A stretch of DNA of 64,000 nt, from positions 1 to 64,000 of the forward strand of contig JAQGDQ010000940.1 of the NCBI GenBank assembly GCA_030141605.1. Direction: 5' to 3'. The position numbers and the translations under genes are program-made. The stretch is from Tubiluchus corallicola. Taxonomy: Eukaryota; Animalia; Priapulida. A model generated the notes under the pieces. It saw nothing but the letters and a program-made list of their open reading frames with translations, did not search any database and had not been told where the DNA came from. Numbering within the stretch: position 1 is the first letter of the stretch; each line of letters begins with the position of its first letter. Below, one piece after another: positions 38,201-52,658 of this stretch.

Positions 38201-41200
38201 TTAATAACAACCATGAAATTCTGCAGGAAAAACATACTCAAAATGTATATACATTATAATGGAAAATACAGAGATCAGTTGGCCACTAGAATTAAGGAAG
38301 ACAAACAAATTACTTGAGTCACATGAAAAAGGAACAGATTATTGTCAATATTGTGCAAAATGGAAAGCAAGTTGCAGATATGCATGTCATGGCAGATGAA
38401 ATATCTAACGCTTAGTGTCACTTACACTCAACGTCAACTGTCACTTCATCTGTTGATGGGCTACCGAAAGAGCTTGTGGCAGTACACACATATACACCTT
38501 TAGCATCCCTGCCGACATTTTCTATTGTGAGCTCTTCCCCTTGATATTCTGTTGCTCCGTCTAACATCACTGAACTTTCCTATTTACAAGAAAAAATTAA
38601 GTTTATTTGCAGAAACATGTATTTCCGTATCAATTGAACAGCAATTTTTTAATTTTTAACATATATTATAAAACTTCAAGATCTAAGTACTATGAATGTT
38701 CAAAATGCTACGCTGACGCGGAAGTAGTATTGTTATTAAGAGTCACCAACTTGACAAAAATTTTTTTATTATATTATACTGTTCAAATAATCAAGTTCCA
38801 GGCAACACTACTTTGACACACAACTATTATTTGGCCCACGACAATCAGAATTATCAGTAATTATGCCTACAGATAAGCTTGCATACCCAGCACACTATAC
38901 ATTCTCAAAAGAACTGAGTTAAATTAAAGTCAACAAAAACAAACTAATAAGGATAATACGTGTTTTTCAAAGCATTAGATGGAAGCACAAGCAGCAAAGT
39001 CACCAACTGGAAAATCTATAGATACTGGTTAAGTTGAATTACCTCAGAAAAAACACATTTAACCGTACACAAACAAATGTCAGGTATGTAATTACACCAC
39101 AATAGGTATTTTTCCAGATACATCTCTGGATCAGTTACAATTTCGCAAACAATAACTGAAAAAGTTTCAGGCTCTAGTTGCCCTAACAAACTGCGATAGC
39201 GTAGGAAAAGCGATATGATAGAACACAGCTAGGTACAAAAAAGTTACAAACCTTAGATTTATCAATAACCTCAATAGGTTTCTTCTTAGCATCCTACCAG
39301 GGATATTAGCAAAAATGAATAGTCAGATAAGAAAACAAATAGAGAAAATAAACTGTAAAAAATAAAATGGCTAGTTGAAAAAGAAATACTATATATTGGA
39401 CAGAAACTTTGAACATTATTTTACGTAGTAGCATGAAATGCCACAGCTTAAAATTGACCAGTGTTTGAATGAACTCCTTTATTGTCAGTGAATCTGGATA
39501 GGCTATTCTTGTTCAGTGCTCACTCTAGACGGTCTCATTTTATCATACTCACTTTAGGTTTACCTCATTGACAGAAAAAGTGCTAACACATTTCTGCCAG
39601 TTCAGTTGCATAAACTTTAATTGTCCTCTATAGACAACCACAGTGAGTAGGCCCTGCCATTGAATGTACATGTAGTGTTATCTTTTTGTATGCTTCTTAC
39701 AAAGCTCTGTAATTTATCATAAAGGTAATAGTAAGATATTAAACATTGTTACCTCATCATCTTCATCCTGCTCTTCCAAAAACAAAGCTTCAGCAGATTT
39801 GCGAGTCCCGTGAGGAAATGCACGACCATCCTGAAACAGCATTTTTTCTAAATGAAATTCAATAAAAATGCCTTTCATTGAATCAGTACAAGTTGCAACT
39901 GTATGCTCACAAGATCTATGTGTATAATAATTACCTTTCTTGTCCAAAACATTGTTGGTGCAGGATTACCATCACCATCACATACAATGTTCAATGTTCG
40001 TCCCTCCTTGACACTGACAGTATCTTCCTCAATTGTTGCAGTAGGAGCATCTGCAAATTACATACAATTCTTAGGTGTTAAATTGTATGACAGTTACATA
40101 TAATAAAATACATATGTGTGCTCGCAAACCAAAACCGTCGATAAGTCGGCATAGTTAAAACTGTGTTATGGTGCTTCAAAGCAGAATGCACTCAAAATTT
40201 GATAAAATGTCAATTTCTTGTTTTTTTATAAAAACAAACGCTAAGTTTATTAGCATCAAATTATTAAAAAAATTTCACCAAGTACTAAAAATCTAATTTT
40301 ACAACCCCGTACCTACTTTTCTGGCTAGATACTAGTACTGCAATTGTAAAAAAACTTATATTTTCAAACTCAGATTTGGGGAAGCAATCATTTTGCTTCG
40401 GGGTTTTTTTTTGTTGCCAAGCCCACATCTTCTTTGGGAAAAGCCATCTACTTGATTTAAACATAACTTCAATGTGTTCTTGTAAAGTCCATAGCAACTA
40501 ACATTTCTGCAGTTGCTAAGTGTTTTGTAAAACGTGATTTTGAAAATTTTGAAGAAAAAATTCATTTAATTGTTAACTTTCCCAGTCAAATCATGTTAAA
40601 GTCAATTTTTCTAATAAGACAACTAAACAGTAGTCACATATCTAACTGTATTTGTAAAATTGCAGTAGGTTTTACATTTCAATTTTGTATATGGTGTAGG
40701 TACTTAATTAGTACAAATTACTTAAACTGCTTTTTGAATTGCTTTAATATAGACCTACTGGTCTATTTAACTTACATCGAACATCAACAGTTGTTTTCTG
40801 TTGTAATTTGGCTCTGTTTATGCTGCATAAATAAACCCCTTGATCTTCCTGCATCACATTTTTCACTGTGAGTGACCAGTCTCCGGACTCTACGTCTCCA
40901 AGACTGAATTTTGATTTTTCCACAAATATTGCCTTTCCTACAGAAACAATTGTGCTTGATCCAAGTTGTTGTCTTCGCCATGCCACTTGATCTCTTCCTG
41001 AAAAAAACCCAAGCAAGTATAAATATAACCTCTGATTTTTCAAAAAATATGTGAAATTCATTGTCCAAAGGTTCCATTACAATAACTAGCTATAGCTACC
41101 ACATGCATATGTAGTTTGACCTATTTCAGAACATAATCTATAAGTGGCAGACCATTTTTACAAGTTCCTTAATTTTGATTGACTTGAAGATACAAACCAG

Positions 41201-42426
41201 TGAGAATTCAACTCGTTCAGTGAGTGAAAGATGATATACGATGTTTAATCGTATAATAAACCTTTTATTTCTTCGAAATCACTGGTCCGTAACATAAATA
41301 TGCGTCTTTATAATAACTTCTGTAAGATTTACTCGCAGCTGAACACCAATAAAACAATTATACAACACAAAAATGACACTGAAATGGTGAATTAGTTACT
41401 GATCGTCTGATCTCAACGACATTACTTTCTCCAAGTTACAAAGCATGTTAAAGTGTGGGCGGATGGCGTGACAGGTATCATTTCGGACTCAGTAAGGGCT
41501 TCACAAAAATCTATCCCAGTTTTAGGCATGGTGAAACTAAATCGAAAATCATAAATGTTAAGTTGGCTTCGGTTATAGTTACATGATCATTGCTGGTTAC
41601 ACAAAACTGTTCCAGGGCTCTCTCAGTTTCAAATACAAACCTGCGTTAAGTTTCTTTCATTAATTGTTTCACACCACCATATCAATTGCCTTTGCCTAAA
41701 TAATCAAACAATCTTTTTCTGTTTAACACAGCAGCCATTGCTGAAACATTACATTTCAAGTGAAACAGCCAACACCATTAATTTAGAATTAATCTAGTTT
41801 CTAACTGTTAAAAAATTCTCAATAGCTGCTGGGTCATTTTAGCTGTATTAAATTACATTGTGTTTTCCTTATAAACGCCCTGACCCTGTCAGATGCTAAA
41901 AGGTCTATCACAGCTGTGGAACCCAATCAACTTGCTACAACCCGGTTGTGAGTTTTTCAAATGGCTCTTCAAATTTATGGCTTGGCAGCTTCTCTCGCAA
42001 CTTGTTACAACATGTGAACGGCTTGGCAACTTCTCTCAGAGAGAACTTGTGCAACAAGTTGCGAGAAGAGTCTATGTCTGAATACGCCATAAGACTCTTG
42101 AAGCCAAAACACAGATGCAGAAATTGTTGTGCATTGACAGTTCAATTTCATATGATACGTTCAGGATGAAAATTGTGATTTGTGTTGAGGTATTATTGGT
42201 GCCTATTATTTATGATATCCTAATTATATTGCACTATGAATCATTAGCTCTCCTTGTAAGCGTGTCATGTAGGCCTTTTTCTAACACTTTTCTAAGAGAA
42301 AATGCTTACCTAGATTTCCAACTATGCACTCTATCACTAGGTCCTCTCCTTGATTAACCTCGACTGTGCCTCCTGTACTGATGAACATAGGAGTGGCCCT
42401 CTTTTGCATGGGTACAGGTGTCACTA
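35227..42426 (-). CDS. Klingon/Wrapper-like IgSF adhesion protein: 3 Ig + FN3 + GPI signal (5' incomplete)
   Basis: Phase-consistent GT-AG exons 42310-42426, 40776-40997, 39935-40050, 39753-39830, 38426-38579, 38028-38187, 37762-37907, 36769-36899, 36441-36633, 35476-35526 and 35227-35306. Ig motifs IECIV..VAW..DQGVYLC, IVCDGDGNP..W..GVYVC and ILCVIESNP..W..YTC. FN3 LRW..Y..L..YQVMIYAEN. C-terminus SNGA..RIFGILTIVILIAFF* fits a GPI signal. Confidence 0.88.
41990..42069. repeat. Inverted repeat, probable MITE remnant in an intron
   Basis: TCTCGCAACTTGTT pairs with AACAAGTTGCGAGA. Confidence 0.45.
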
Positions 42427-44086
42427 CTGAAATAAAAGCATTTGAAGAATTACATTGTTACACAATGTACATAACATTGGTAATAAAGAACTTTAAATTA
42501 AAGTTACAAACTGCATGTTTCTTTATGTTTTTGTATCGAGGATAATAACAATGTGGTATCGATGTTCAGGAAATGTAACAAGAAAAATTTTAAGAACATT
42601 TCCATAAAAGTGACGCTAAAGGGCGCTTAGTATGACAGACTTGCCATCAGCAAGATATTGCGCAGTTAACTTCAAGCCAGACCCACCAGACTAACTATAC
42701 GATTTTGCAATTCTTGAAGTGACAGATAGCCTGGGGTACTGAACCAGATGTGGCTACAGCACTCTATTTATCAGTAAAGAAAGTCAGCGCTAAGATATTT
42801 TCGAACACAAAACACAATATGCATCATTTATATGCATCTGTGTTTTTTCAATATGTTTTCAGCCACTGCCACTACGATGACATACGCCAGTAACCGTCAT
42901 TAATTGTTATGGTCACTTTGTCTGAATAATGTAAACGATTGTTTCGTTGAATCGCTTGGAGAGTTATACACAGAAATGGCACAGATTATCCTCTGCGCTT
43001 GGCCAAAATTGCGAGAATCTTTGATAAACTGACATCGCGTTAAGTAATTCTTCTATACTCTCGTAAGATAAGCATGTCCTGCACAATGGTGTGGAGCATT
43101 CGAACCCTGTCTCATTGAATGAAACTGGCCACTGTCTTTGAATACTTTAAAATGGGAAAATAACAGTAAAGAAGTCGTCAACGTCAACATTATGAAGCAT
43201 CAGCCACTTTCCATTTCCGTTTCAATCTAGCAGTTAGAATCTGGTACGTTTAGATAGAAAAGACTACGTTCAAGTCAAGTTGCTGAAGAATAAAATTTAA
43301 TTTTGTCTGTTAAACGTTATTAAAACAAAAATTAATACTGAGTTGTAGCTTCATTCGACGTACGACAGGCTGAAAATTTTTCACGTACTTTTGACAGTTT
43401 TTCAGCTCTCACGAGATTAACAGTTTGTATCAGTTTTGCAAGTGTATATAATTTACGACGTACTTAATTTAGTATAAACGCAGTTTGGGCAGGCTTAGCC
43501 CATTCTCCGAGGGGGGGGGGTGTTCGCGAGAAAATCGTTGGGGTACATTCTGCGTTGCCAACTATCATTGAACTGTGGGAATAATGTAGGCCTGGAATTT
43601 GTGATTACACAGTGTGTAAGTCCCTCTGTTGCTGTTTACAGCACATTTAGCAAAGTTATAAATCCTTACTATGTAAAATGTATTCACCTTCCTGGAATAA
43701 TATCGTTATTCCTTAGATTCGTTTTATTCAGGCACCTAGTGGGGGCTCGATCTGCGTTAAAACTTGGAGCTTCGCCGCTGCTAGTTTTATTGAGCCACTG
43801 CTATTGGATTTGTAGTAGGCCTACTCGATTTTGTACATTTTCAGCCGTGGGAATCAACGGACATCTGTATGTGTTAATCAAACAGAAAAGGTTTGACTAA
43901 AGAAAAGAAACGCTAAATGTCTAGTGATTTATGGCGAGTATGGAGAAGAAATCGGCATTGAGAATACAAGCTTTTTTCTCAGTACAAGGATTTTGAGTCT
44001 GTGAGATACCTGACTTGATTTCTCACTGAATTTACTGGGACTTAATTTAATGGCATAACAGGATATAGGTTTGCTATGTTGTTTTA

Positions 44087-44121
<35 letters not shown>

Positions 44122-46354
44122 TGAAGAAGATTCTGGAAGCACCACTTTTTGTCACTTTGCCACAACTAGTTTCATATGTTTATTATAAACATCAGGTGGA
44201 TTAATGATCTAATCAAAGATATACATTTATGTATGATCTCCATGACTACAATGAATACAATTAAAATGTTTACACATAGCTTTCATTTTAGTCCAGTTGA
44301 TCACACCTCTATATATATTTTCAAGCATTGTGTGTGCTAAACAGTAAACTTTGACCATGCCTGGAAGTAAATGAACCATCAACTCGATGGTATTAATACT
44401 GCATAGGTTTTCGGTGCTGTAATAAAGTTTTAAATGAGATTTCAGTTACACAGTTACACGTAATCGCAAAAACATTTGGCGCATCTGCAAAAAACAACTG
44501 AGAGATATTGAGTGCTTGAAGCTTGAATGAAAACAGTTTGGATAGACGGAGGAAAATCCGTTTTGTTTCCTGCTTTATCACTTGCAGTTCTTCAGGACAC
44601 TTCCTTCGTTTATGAAATGAAGCATACTGAATGCACTATTAGCCTATACTAACAATAACTAATCGATAAAATAGTTTCAAGTAAATTTTAGATCATCAAT
44701 GACTTGTTTCATGCGCAGAGTTCAATGCTTCTAATGAAACTGCGTTTTACTGTTAGGGAAAATCCACCGACCTGGAACACATAATAATTAGATACAAATT
44801 TAGTCGGAGAATAATTTTTAAGGATAATGCCCAAGGACAAAATAAATTAAATGCCAGTGGTGATATAAACACCACAAGATAGAGACATACGTATTTAAAC
44901 CAAATTGCAGAAACAAGGCTACGTAACCGCAACAGGACAACATCCTAGTTTATAATTGGTGCCAGCTTGATACACATCATAGTGGTCATGCCAAACTCCA
45001 ACATGATTTGTTTTTAAGTTCTTACACTTTTTACCGAGCCGCGTCGTTTAGAGTAACACAAACAAAACATGCTGGCGTAAAACGTATACACGTAAGGTAT
45101 CAAATCTCATCACTTCTGGATTCCAACAAAAAACCTAACTGAAGTTTGTAAAGTGGGTTAAATAATCCTGTAAAGCTGTACCTTACCACGCGAAACCTGG
45201 ATAGCTTCTACAATATAACTTGTGTTTTTAGTATACAGTTTATGGTTATGGTTTGCACATAATTATATAATTTCCAAAGTTTGTGGTTATGGTTTGCAGA
45301 TAATTATATAATTTCCACATAATTATAGCCTTCACGAGATACACATTGTATTCACATGCAGAGCATCATAAGAAGTTTTATATCTTTCTTATTTCAAAAA
45401 TTTGTTCTGGAATAAAATTTTGAATAGTTTTTGGGTAAAATATTAAAAAAACGAAATTTTTGCTTTAGAAAATTCAACATTCATAAAGAGAAAATTAAGT
45501 CCATTAGAGTCCATTTTTCCTCTGATTTTTATCTACAGAATTCTTTACCAGAAATTTATTGTCCTAGAAGCTATATTTTCATTTGATTCCAGAAGAATAC
45601 CAGCATATACGTATGTATGTAATTTACTGACCAACAAAGTTATAATAAGGTTACAAATTGCAGGATACATTCTATTACTTGCAAATTGTTTACGTGTCAC
45701 CCACCCTCTTACCTTGAGTGGCTAATGGCCTTCTTTGGGTCGATTTGTATAAAAACGGATGTAAATAAATATTTTTGGTCACCTCGTATGAGCAAGCAAG
45801 TGTAAACTCTGCTTGTTTGCAAGATGATGATTGGTATTGGTACACGGAAACTGTCAGCAGTCAACACTGCTGGAGCCGTCAAAGCGGTTCACAAGTGATT
45901 GCGAGCTTGCTGAGATACGCGGAAAAAACACCAAGAAATATTTTGCTGCAGAAAAACTGATTGAAAAACCATGTTTCGTTTATATAATATTTTAATCGAC
46001 GCCCGTCGTGGAACAGCTTGTCTTGATTAAAGAAGCTGGAATAGTTTCGCGCTTACGAGATCATTAACCTCCAAATAATTCAGCAACCACCTAAGATAAA
46101 GGATGTACGTTCTAATCTAATCTGTGGTAAAAACAGCAGCAAAATATCCTTGGCTTCACTGACTGCTTAGTGGTGAGACTTCTTGGCCTGTCAGTCGCTC
46201 ATTTTTTACAAGCTAGTGAATTCTCCGCCTATCAGTTCATTTGAAAAAACGTTTCAACACAACAACAACTAAACCAGTGTTTTCCCAAATAAACCTCAGC
46301 CATAACTTGGCAAGCATTGCTGTATAAGAGGATAATTTAGGATTAATCCAAGCC

Positions 46355-47206
46355 AAGTTTATTACAGGCACATAAAAACATTTATAGTTAAAAACAACGC
46401 AACTTTATTAAAAACTTTTACATGAAAAAGTTAAAATCATGCCAAACGTTTCGACTAGCTGCTGCTGTCATCATCAGTGGTAAATTTACAAACATACAAG
46501 CAGTTTACATAGGCAGGACCTATTATGCACTAATTAAGTATTTAACAGAAGCCAAATAAATAATAGTTAAATAGGCTAGTAAAGAAATTGATACAGTAAC
46601 TTATGCACTAATTATGTATTTATAAAAGACAAATACGTAATGAATAAGCAGACCAGTAGAAAAGAAACTGATACAGTAAATTATGCACTAATTAAGTAGT
46701 TAACAGAAGCCAAATAGGTAACGAATAAACAGACCAGTAAAGAAATTGATACAGCAACTTAAACACTAATCAGGTAGACCTGAAGAAAAGAAATTGATAC
46801 AGTAACAAGTTAAAGGAATTGAACTGCTTTGTACATTAAAAGAAGGGTCATTATGGTACATAGATAAACTTTCTTTGATTAATGAGTCCCAGACTCCCAG
46901 TTATTTGTACCTCTTATTATTTACAGATTTCAGTGCAGCAGCTGCAATGTTGCTTACCATGGCAAAATATCCAAACACTTTAAACTAAGTAAGAACTGGT
47001 GTTGTGAACATTTGGGTATTTCTTCTAGAGCTGGCAAAAAATTAAAAATTCTCCTCAATCAAGCATATTTGTGCTTCTGGACACAAAGCTTATTTTAATA
47101 AATTCAGCATTGTGACCAGAGTTACAAATAACTGGGACTTATTAATAACAGAAAGTTTATCTTAATGTAAAAGTTTTTAATAAAGTTGTGTTGTTTTTAA
47201 TTATAA
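46355..47206 (-). mobile_element. Penelope-like element remnant with an inverted segment
   Basis: GIY-YIG C-terminal remnants on both strands: minus LIKESLSMYHNDPSFNVQSSSIPL at ~46810-46890, plus EHLGISSRAGKK..FSIVTRVTNNWDLLITESL at ~47005-47160. A ~42-bp inverted repeat (46382-46423 and 47165-47206), ~78-bp subrepeats at 46523-46806 and a hammerhead motif. Confidence 0.75.
46442..46480 (-). ncRNA. Minimal type I hammerhead ribozyme (Penelope type)
   Basis: Minus strand CCA-CUGAUGA-U-GAC(agcagcagcua)GUC-GAAAC-GUU-UGG: intact core boxes, stem II GAC/GUC, stem I CCA/UGG and a palindromic AACGUU in place of stem III. Confidence 0.7.
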
Positions 47207-49904
47207 TTAAAGATCATTAAAGCAGCTATATAACTGCAAGTGTATATACCTGTAGCACACCAGTGATACCGTGACTGCAATGTTGTATGTGCAATATTTG
47301 ATGCTAAATATTGATGAAATTGTAGCTAAATTTCATGCTGACAATTAGGCACCAAATGAATCGTGCTTGATGATGGTAACAGTCCCAGCGGAGGCACTGC
47401 TGTTAATGTTGTAATCATTAAGCGTCTTTGGTGATCAAATATGTTCCTCGTTGGGTGATGGCGTCATCATTATAATGTGATATTCGGTCATTTCTATTTA
47501 CCTACAATTATTATCACCAAACGATGGCTTTTTTGTTAAAAAAGTACTGTAATAATTAAATTGCTGACCGTGTTACTTTACCATGATTAAAATGTTTGTA
47601 TCCAGCAAAGCCAAAATCACAATACTGAAAATGATTTTATTTACATTTCAATTGTGCCGCGTATAAACGAATAGTATATGTTGGTTTCAGGTTTTAGATA
47701 CAAATTTCTATGGTTTCCACTGGGCATTTTTACAGTGTCAATGTTGCTTCTGTAAAACTGTGGTAACCAAATTTTTGTGTTGGTATTATAATGAATATTA
47801 TACATGTACACATATTATGCGTATTATATGCACATAATATTATACATAATATATATTCTGCTCATAAAATGTAAATAATACAATCAGGCTATTTTCTCAC
47901 AAAAATTAGAAACAGTGAGATAATTCAACCAGATCTCTCTACGTGGGGCAAATTGGTTTCATGGAAGCACCTTGTGGACCATTTTATGGTTCCTTAGTAT
48001 AAACGTGTCTCTTTCATAGAAACTTATCCTGTAAAAAGGCGATTCAAACTTTCCCACAATCTGCTCGGCATTAAGCAGTTAATTTCTGGCACTCAAATTC
48101 CAAATTTTATTTTGTTCAATAACCCCCCTGAGGTCTCAGTAGGTACGTGAATGAAATATTTCGTCGAGCACATCAGCAAGGTGTAAGCAAGTTGTTATCC
48201 AGATCACACGTGGTTTCAATAAGGCAGCGCATTGAAGACGATAGTTTGGATGTTTATGAGATAATCAGTCAAGGATATGTTTCCTCTAGGCGCATACACG
48301 CGAAGTCTCAACATTGAATGTGATTCATAATATGCTTATGATATGAGCGATTGAAAAAAATAATGATTGTGGACTAACTTACTCTTGCTTTTACATGAAT
48401 ACCGAGATATAGGTGTTTAACAGTAATTTATGTGAACAGCCCTTCTAGTCATCTGTCATACCTGCCATGAAGTTTACAATTACACACACCATTATTTAAC
48501 TCAACATGCGTTAAACTGAAACACTTACAGATGAAATAATCGTTTGCCATAGCTGTGTTAATGATATTTAGTAGAACGTCATTTTTAGAAGTGAAAAACC
48601 ATCAATGATAGCAGTGTTAACAAAAATGCAGTTTCCGGTCAACTTCTAAACGCTTCAGATGCGATGGCTGTTATCGCAACTTTTAACTAGTAGGCTAAAA
48701 TGCGAAGTCCCCACACAAATTTCTGTTTGCAAGCGAAGCGATTGGTGATATAAACACCAAATTTTCATAGTACAGTATAGCTTTGCCACCTCTTTCAAAA
48801 GTATTGTGACTCTACAGCCAAATTGTAGCACTCTTGGTACATCCATAAATAAACGCAGTGGTTTATTTGTAGTTGGTTTATTTATAAATAAACGCAAGTT
48901 TATTTATAATATCCTTGTAGTTGGTGAAGTCATTTTTGTGGCTTAGTAATCGCTTCTCCCATCATGCCATTAGAACAAAAAATTTCTTCGTATAACGCGA
49001 CACGATTTTATCTTAAATGAAAGAACATGAATTTAATGGCTTAGAGTGAATATATTACACTGTTGATACTGCCAAAATATGCAGATAAGGATCATCACAG
49101 GTCATCTGAGTCGTGTGGAAGTGTCTTCTAAAACGCAAAGATTTTGTTTAATCTATATATAAATATATAATACAATTAAATCTTTATTATTTTGTCTTTA
49201 AAATAGTTCACTCATTACAATAAAATTGAGTAAACCTCAGCCTCACGACGAATGCGTTCAGTGCAACTAAAAATAATAAAGAGCAAAACTAAAATACTAA
49301 TAATACACAAATTTACAAACACAGTCTTAGCGAGCTCATAGATTGAAAGACTAAATAAAAAACATTAAAATTTAACAGAATCTGTTAAATTTTATTACAC
49401 CTCTGTTAGGCACAATTATACTGGAACTTGAACGTCATTATTAATGCTGAGATATTGCGCATCACTAAAGATCTTGACACAAGCCGTACAGAGGTCAAAT
49501 TCTCAAAAAGGCGAACAAATCTATTCTCGAAACCAACTTCAAAGGAGCAAGTCGAGTGCCGTGGACCGGTTGCATAATCTGGAGGAAATTTTTAACCGAA
49601 TTTAAAAAACAAGTTTTAAATCACATGCAGATGTGTGGACAGAAGTGTTAACTCAGCACCTTCTTGCAGTCTGTCCGCAAATGCAAGAAAAGCATGCAGT
49701 TAACGAACGCAGTATGTACGTCAAAGTACTTGTTTTCCAGAAAACAATATGCATCTAACTTTATGTACAAATTTTAAACAACACTTTTGTATGCTGGCAA
49801 CGCTGTTGGCAAAAATTTTTGAAGCTAGTACCTATCCTACATCCAAAAATTTTCAGATTACACCTTTAATGTGTTATAGAGTACACTTCGGAATTTGAAA
49901 AGTC

Positions 49905-49990
49905 GAATACCTTTGTGGTGTAATGGTTTGCATAGCTGCTCCGAAAGTAAAAGGATTTACGTTCAAAACTGCGGTAGTGCAAAATTTTTA
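49905..49990 (+). mobile_element. Degenerate tRNA-derived SINE head
   Basis: A-box-like TGGTGTAATGG and B-box-like GTTCAAAAC at tRNA-like spacing, without a cloverleaf. Confidence 0.35.
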
Positions 49991-52435
49991 AAATTTTCTA
50001 ATTTAATATTGTTTCATGCGCTTATGTATTGAAAAAAAGCACAATAGATAGGTTTTAATTCACACATAATTTTAACAACATAGAGTTAATCAATAAACTA
50101 ATTACAGACATTAAATGCTGTGTAAATTATACTAATTACAGTAAGAGTTAAGAATCTAAAGAACTAGCAAAAAATTGCATGAACTTACGTTCTGTGTTTA
50201 CACGCATGCGCAAGTATTGTTGTTGAAGTTGCAGTTAGCACAGAATTGTGTTTTCTTTGGCCGTAACTTTACACTGTCCAAACAAAACAGTTAATCTCAC
50301 TTTAGGTTCAGATGACCTTAACACATCACTACTTACCACGCAGATTAAATATTGTTTCTTGAAATTAAAAGAAATTCGAGCTAAATATAGTTAACAAAAA
50401 AATTGCTCCAAAAACATATAGGTCACCATAGGTATATGCAGTGGCCAAAAATTCGGTGAGTTTTCCGTTTATGGTTGCACGAAATTTGGATACAACTAAA
50501 CAAATGTTGTTTACATTTCCTTTCGTCTTGATCTCAGGCTGATCTGCGTGTGGGCAGTTTTGACGCTGAAGAAAATGTATGGTGTTCTCACTGAATTTTT
50601 TTCAGAATAACCTAGATGAAAGTAATCACACTAATTTTCACTCTGCCGCTCGAAGACCCAGAATCTCTTTACTCCGACGATAGATCGATTTGCAACTTCA
50701 AAACTACCTAAAGCTTCCAACGTGATTTCAAGAGTAAATCTTTACAATTCATTATTTTAAGAAAAAACAACACAATGCAGCCCGTAACCTATTATGAATT
50801 GGTTTTAAGGTGCTGTGTGTGCGACTGAGCAAGTGCTATTTACAAAAGGCGGCTGATGTCCTCCTGTCCAGGTTACTGAAGTTCACGTTGAGACAGAACT
50901 GGTAGATTTGCACTTTTGGAGTCTTGTGAATAACAACAGAATCTAATATTTGCCGTCATAAATTTGAGAGTGGTTTCCGTGCAGGGTGGCTAATAACCAA
51001 TACAGGAACAACATTATCTTGTTTTTTTTTTCTGATTATTTCGCTTAATAATACAGCCCTTATCTGTAAGGTACCAGATGATTTATACGGGGCGAAAATA
51101 TGCAATTATTAATTAGGCCTGAATTAAAAAAATAATCACATAATTCGGCCTTCAATAAAGTGTTACTTAAAATGCGTTTGAGAGACTTCTTGGGCGAGAA
51201 ATAGTTGACAAAAAACTTATCTAGTGCTGGTGTCTATGGAGTAAAAACCTTGTCGCCCCATCTTCTTCCCGCTTGCATTCATAAAAAAATATTCTACGCC
51301 AACGCTCCGTCAGCAGATCTGGGTCTGTGTGGCTTCACAAGAATTGAAGCCACGTATCAGCCCAATTATACTGTTTTGGCTCCATGAGCTAGTCTGTTTG
51401 ACCCAATGGTCCATGAAATGGAACATTTCGTCACGCCCTGTATGAACCAACAGCACGGAAAGCATAAATAACCCAATAAACACTACAGTTTGGCTTTAAA
51501 TTCATTATTCATAATTTCGTCAACGGTTCGGCCGGCTGCAACAAACCACAACCAGATGTGAACTGAGATTCCAATCCGGTTTGTCCGAACCGACAGATGA
51601 AAATTGCCCACAGCTAGAAGTCCACTCGGCTTCTCTTAAATCTTTTAAATTACAGACAAGTTGGTCAGCCTAAGCGTTATAAACATGTGGTGTCTTTAAG
51701 AGTTTGCAAGATGAACAGTTTAGCACAGCAGCAAAATCAACCAGACTTTATTCATATAAATCAACTGAGAATAATTTGTGATTACAATGAAACATTGCCT
51801 TGACACGGCAAGTCGACGACCTGGAAATAGGAAAAGAGCCATGTGAAAAAACATGGTTGTACGTGAAAAGGAAAAGTGTTTCGTTGTTATAGAGCAGTGA
51901 AAGGAATGTGTAAATAAACAAGAAAAAGCCAGAGAAACAGAAAGCCAAGGAACCAAGCAGTTGTGATACATGTTTCGGCTTTTGAGTCAAATTTTGATCA
52001 CATCCAATCTACACGTATATTGTTTCATGCACTGATTTAGTTGTAAAATTTGTAATTATTGCTTGCTGCTGTAAGTAGTAATCATTAAAATTAATAATTA
52101 TAGATCTTTCTATATTATTTTTATACGTCAAGTCCTACAGACTACAGTCCTGCAGACATTTTTATACAGACGAAAACGGCGTCAAGTAGTAAAACAAACA
52201 ATAGTCAACTGAAATACCTGCATACCTAATACACTACAAATGGTTATGGGAAAACCGCACAGATGTACAACAAGTTAGGAAAACTGAGCAAGTAGCGAAC
52301 AAGTAATTGGAAAAATCTTTGCTCCCTGAAAAAAGAGGCTGGAGTGAAAGTAAATATTTTCCTTCTCAGCGTTATAAATTCGTCAGTAAATCAGGCGATC
52401 TCTTCGCTACTGTTCTACGTCACAAGCCTTGAGTT

Positions 52436-52436
<1 letters not shown>

Positions 52437-52499
<63 letters not shown>

Positions 52500-52530
52500 C
52501 TACCATCACCGTTACCATCATCATCATCAC
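52437..52530. repeat. (CAT)n microsatellite
   Basis: About 20 perfect CAT units followed by degenerate units. Confidence 0.95.
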
Positions 52531-52575
52531 AACTCTATTAAAACTTTTACTTGACTGATTTACTTTATTGTGAAT

Positions 52576-52640
52576 TAAAAGTTTTAATAAAGTTGTTGTG
52601 TTTTAACTATAAATGTTTTTAAGTGGCTGTGATAAAAAAA
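52576..52640 (+). mobile_element. Short second copy of the Penelope-like element terminus
   Basis: AAAAGTTTTAATAAAGTTGTTGTGTTTTAACTATAAATGTTTTT closely matches the reverse complement of 46370-46420. Confidence 0.55.
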
Positions 52641-52658
52641 CATTAGTAATATATTATT

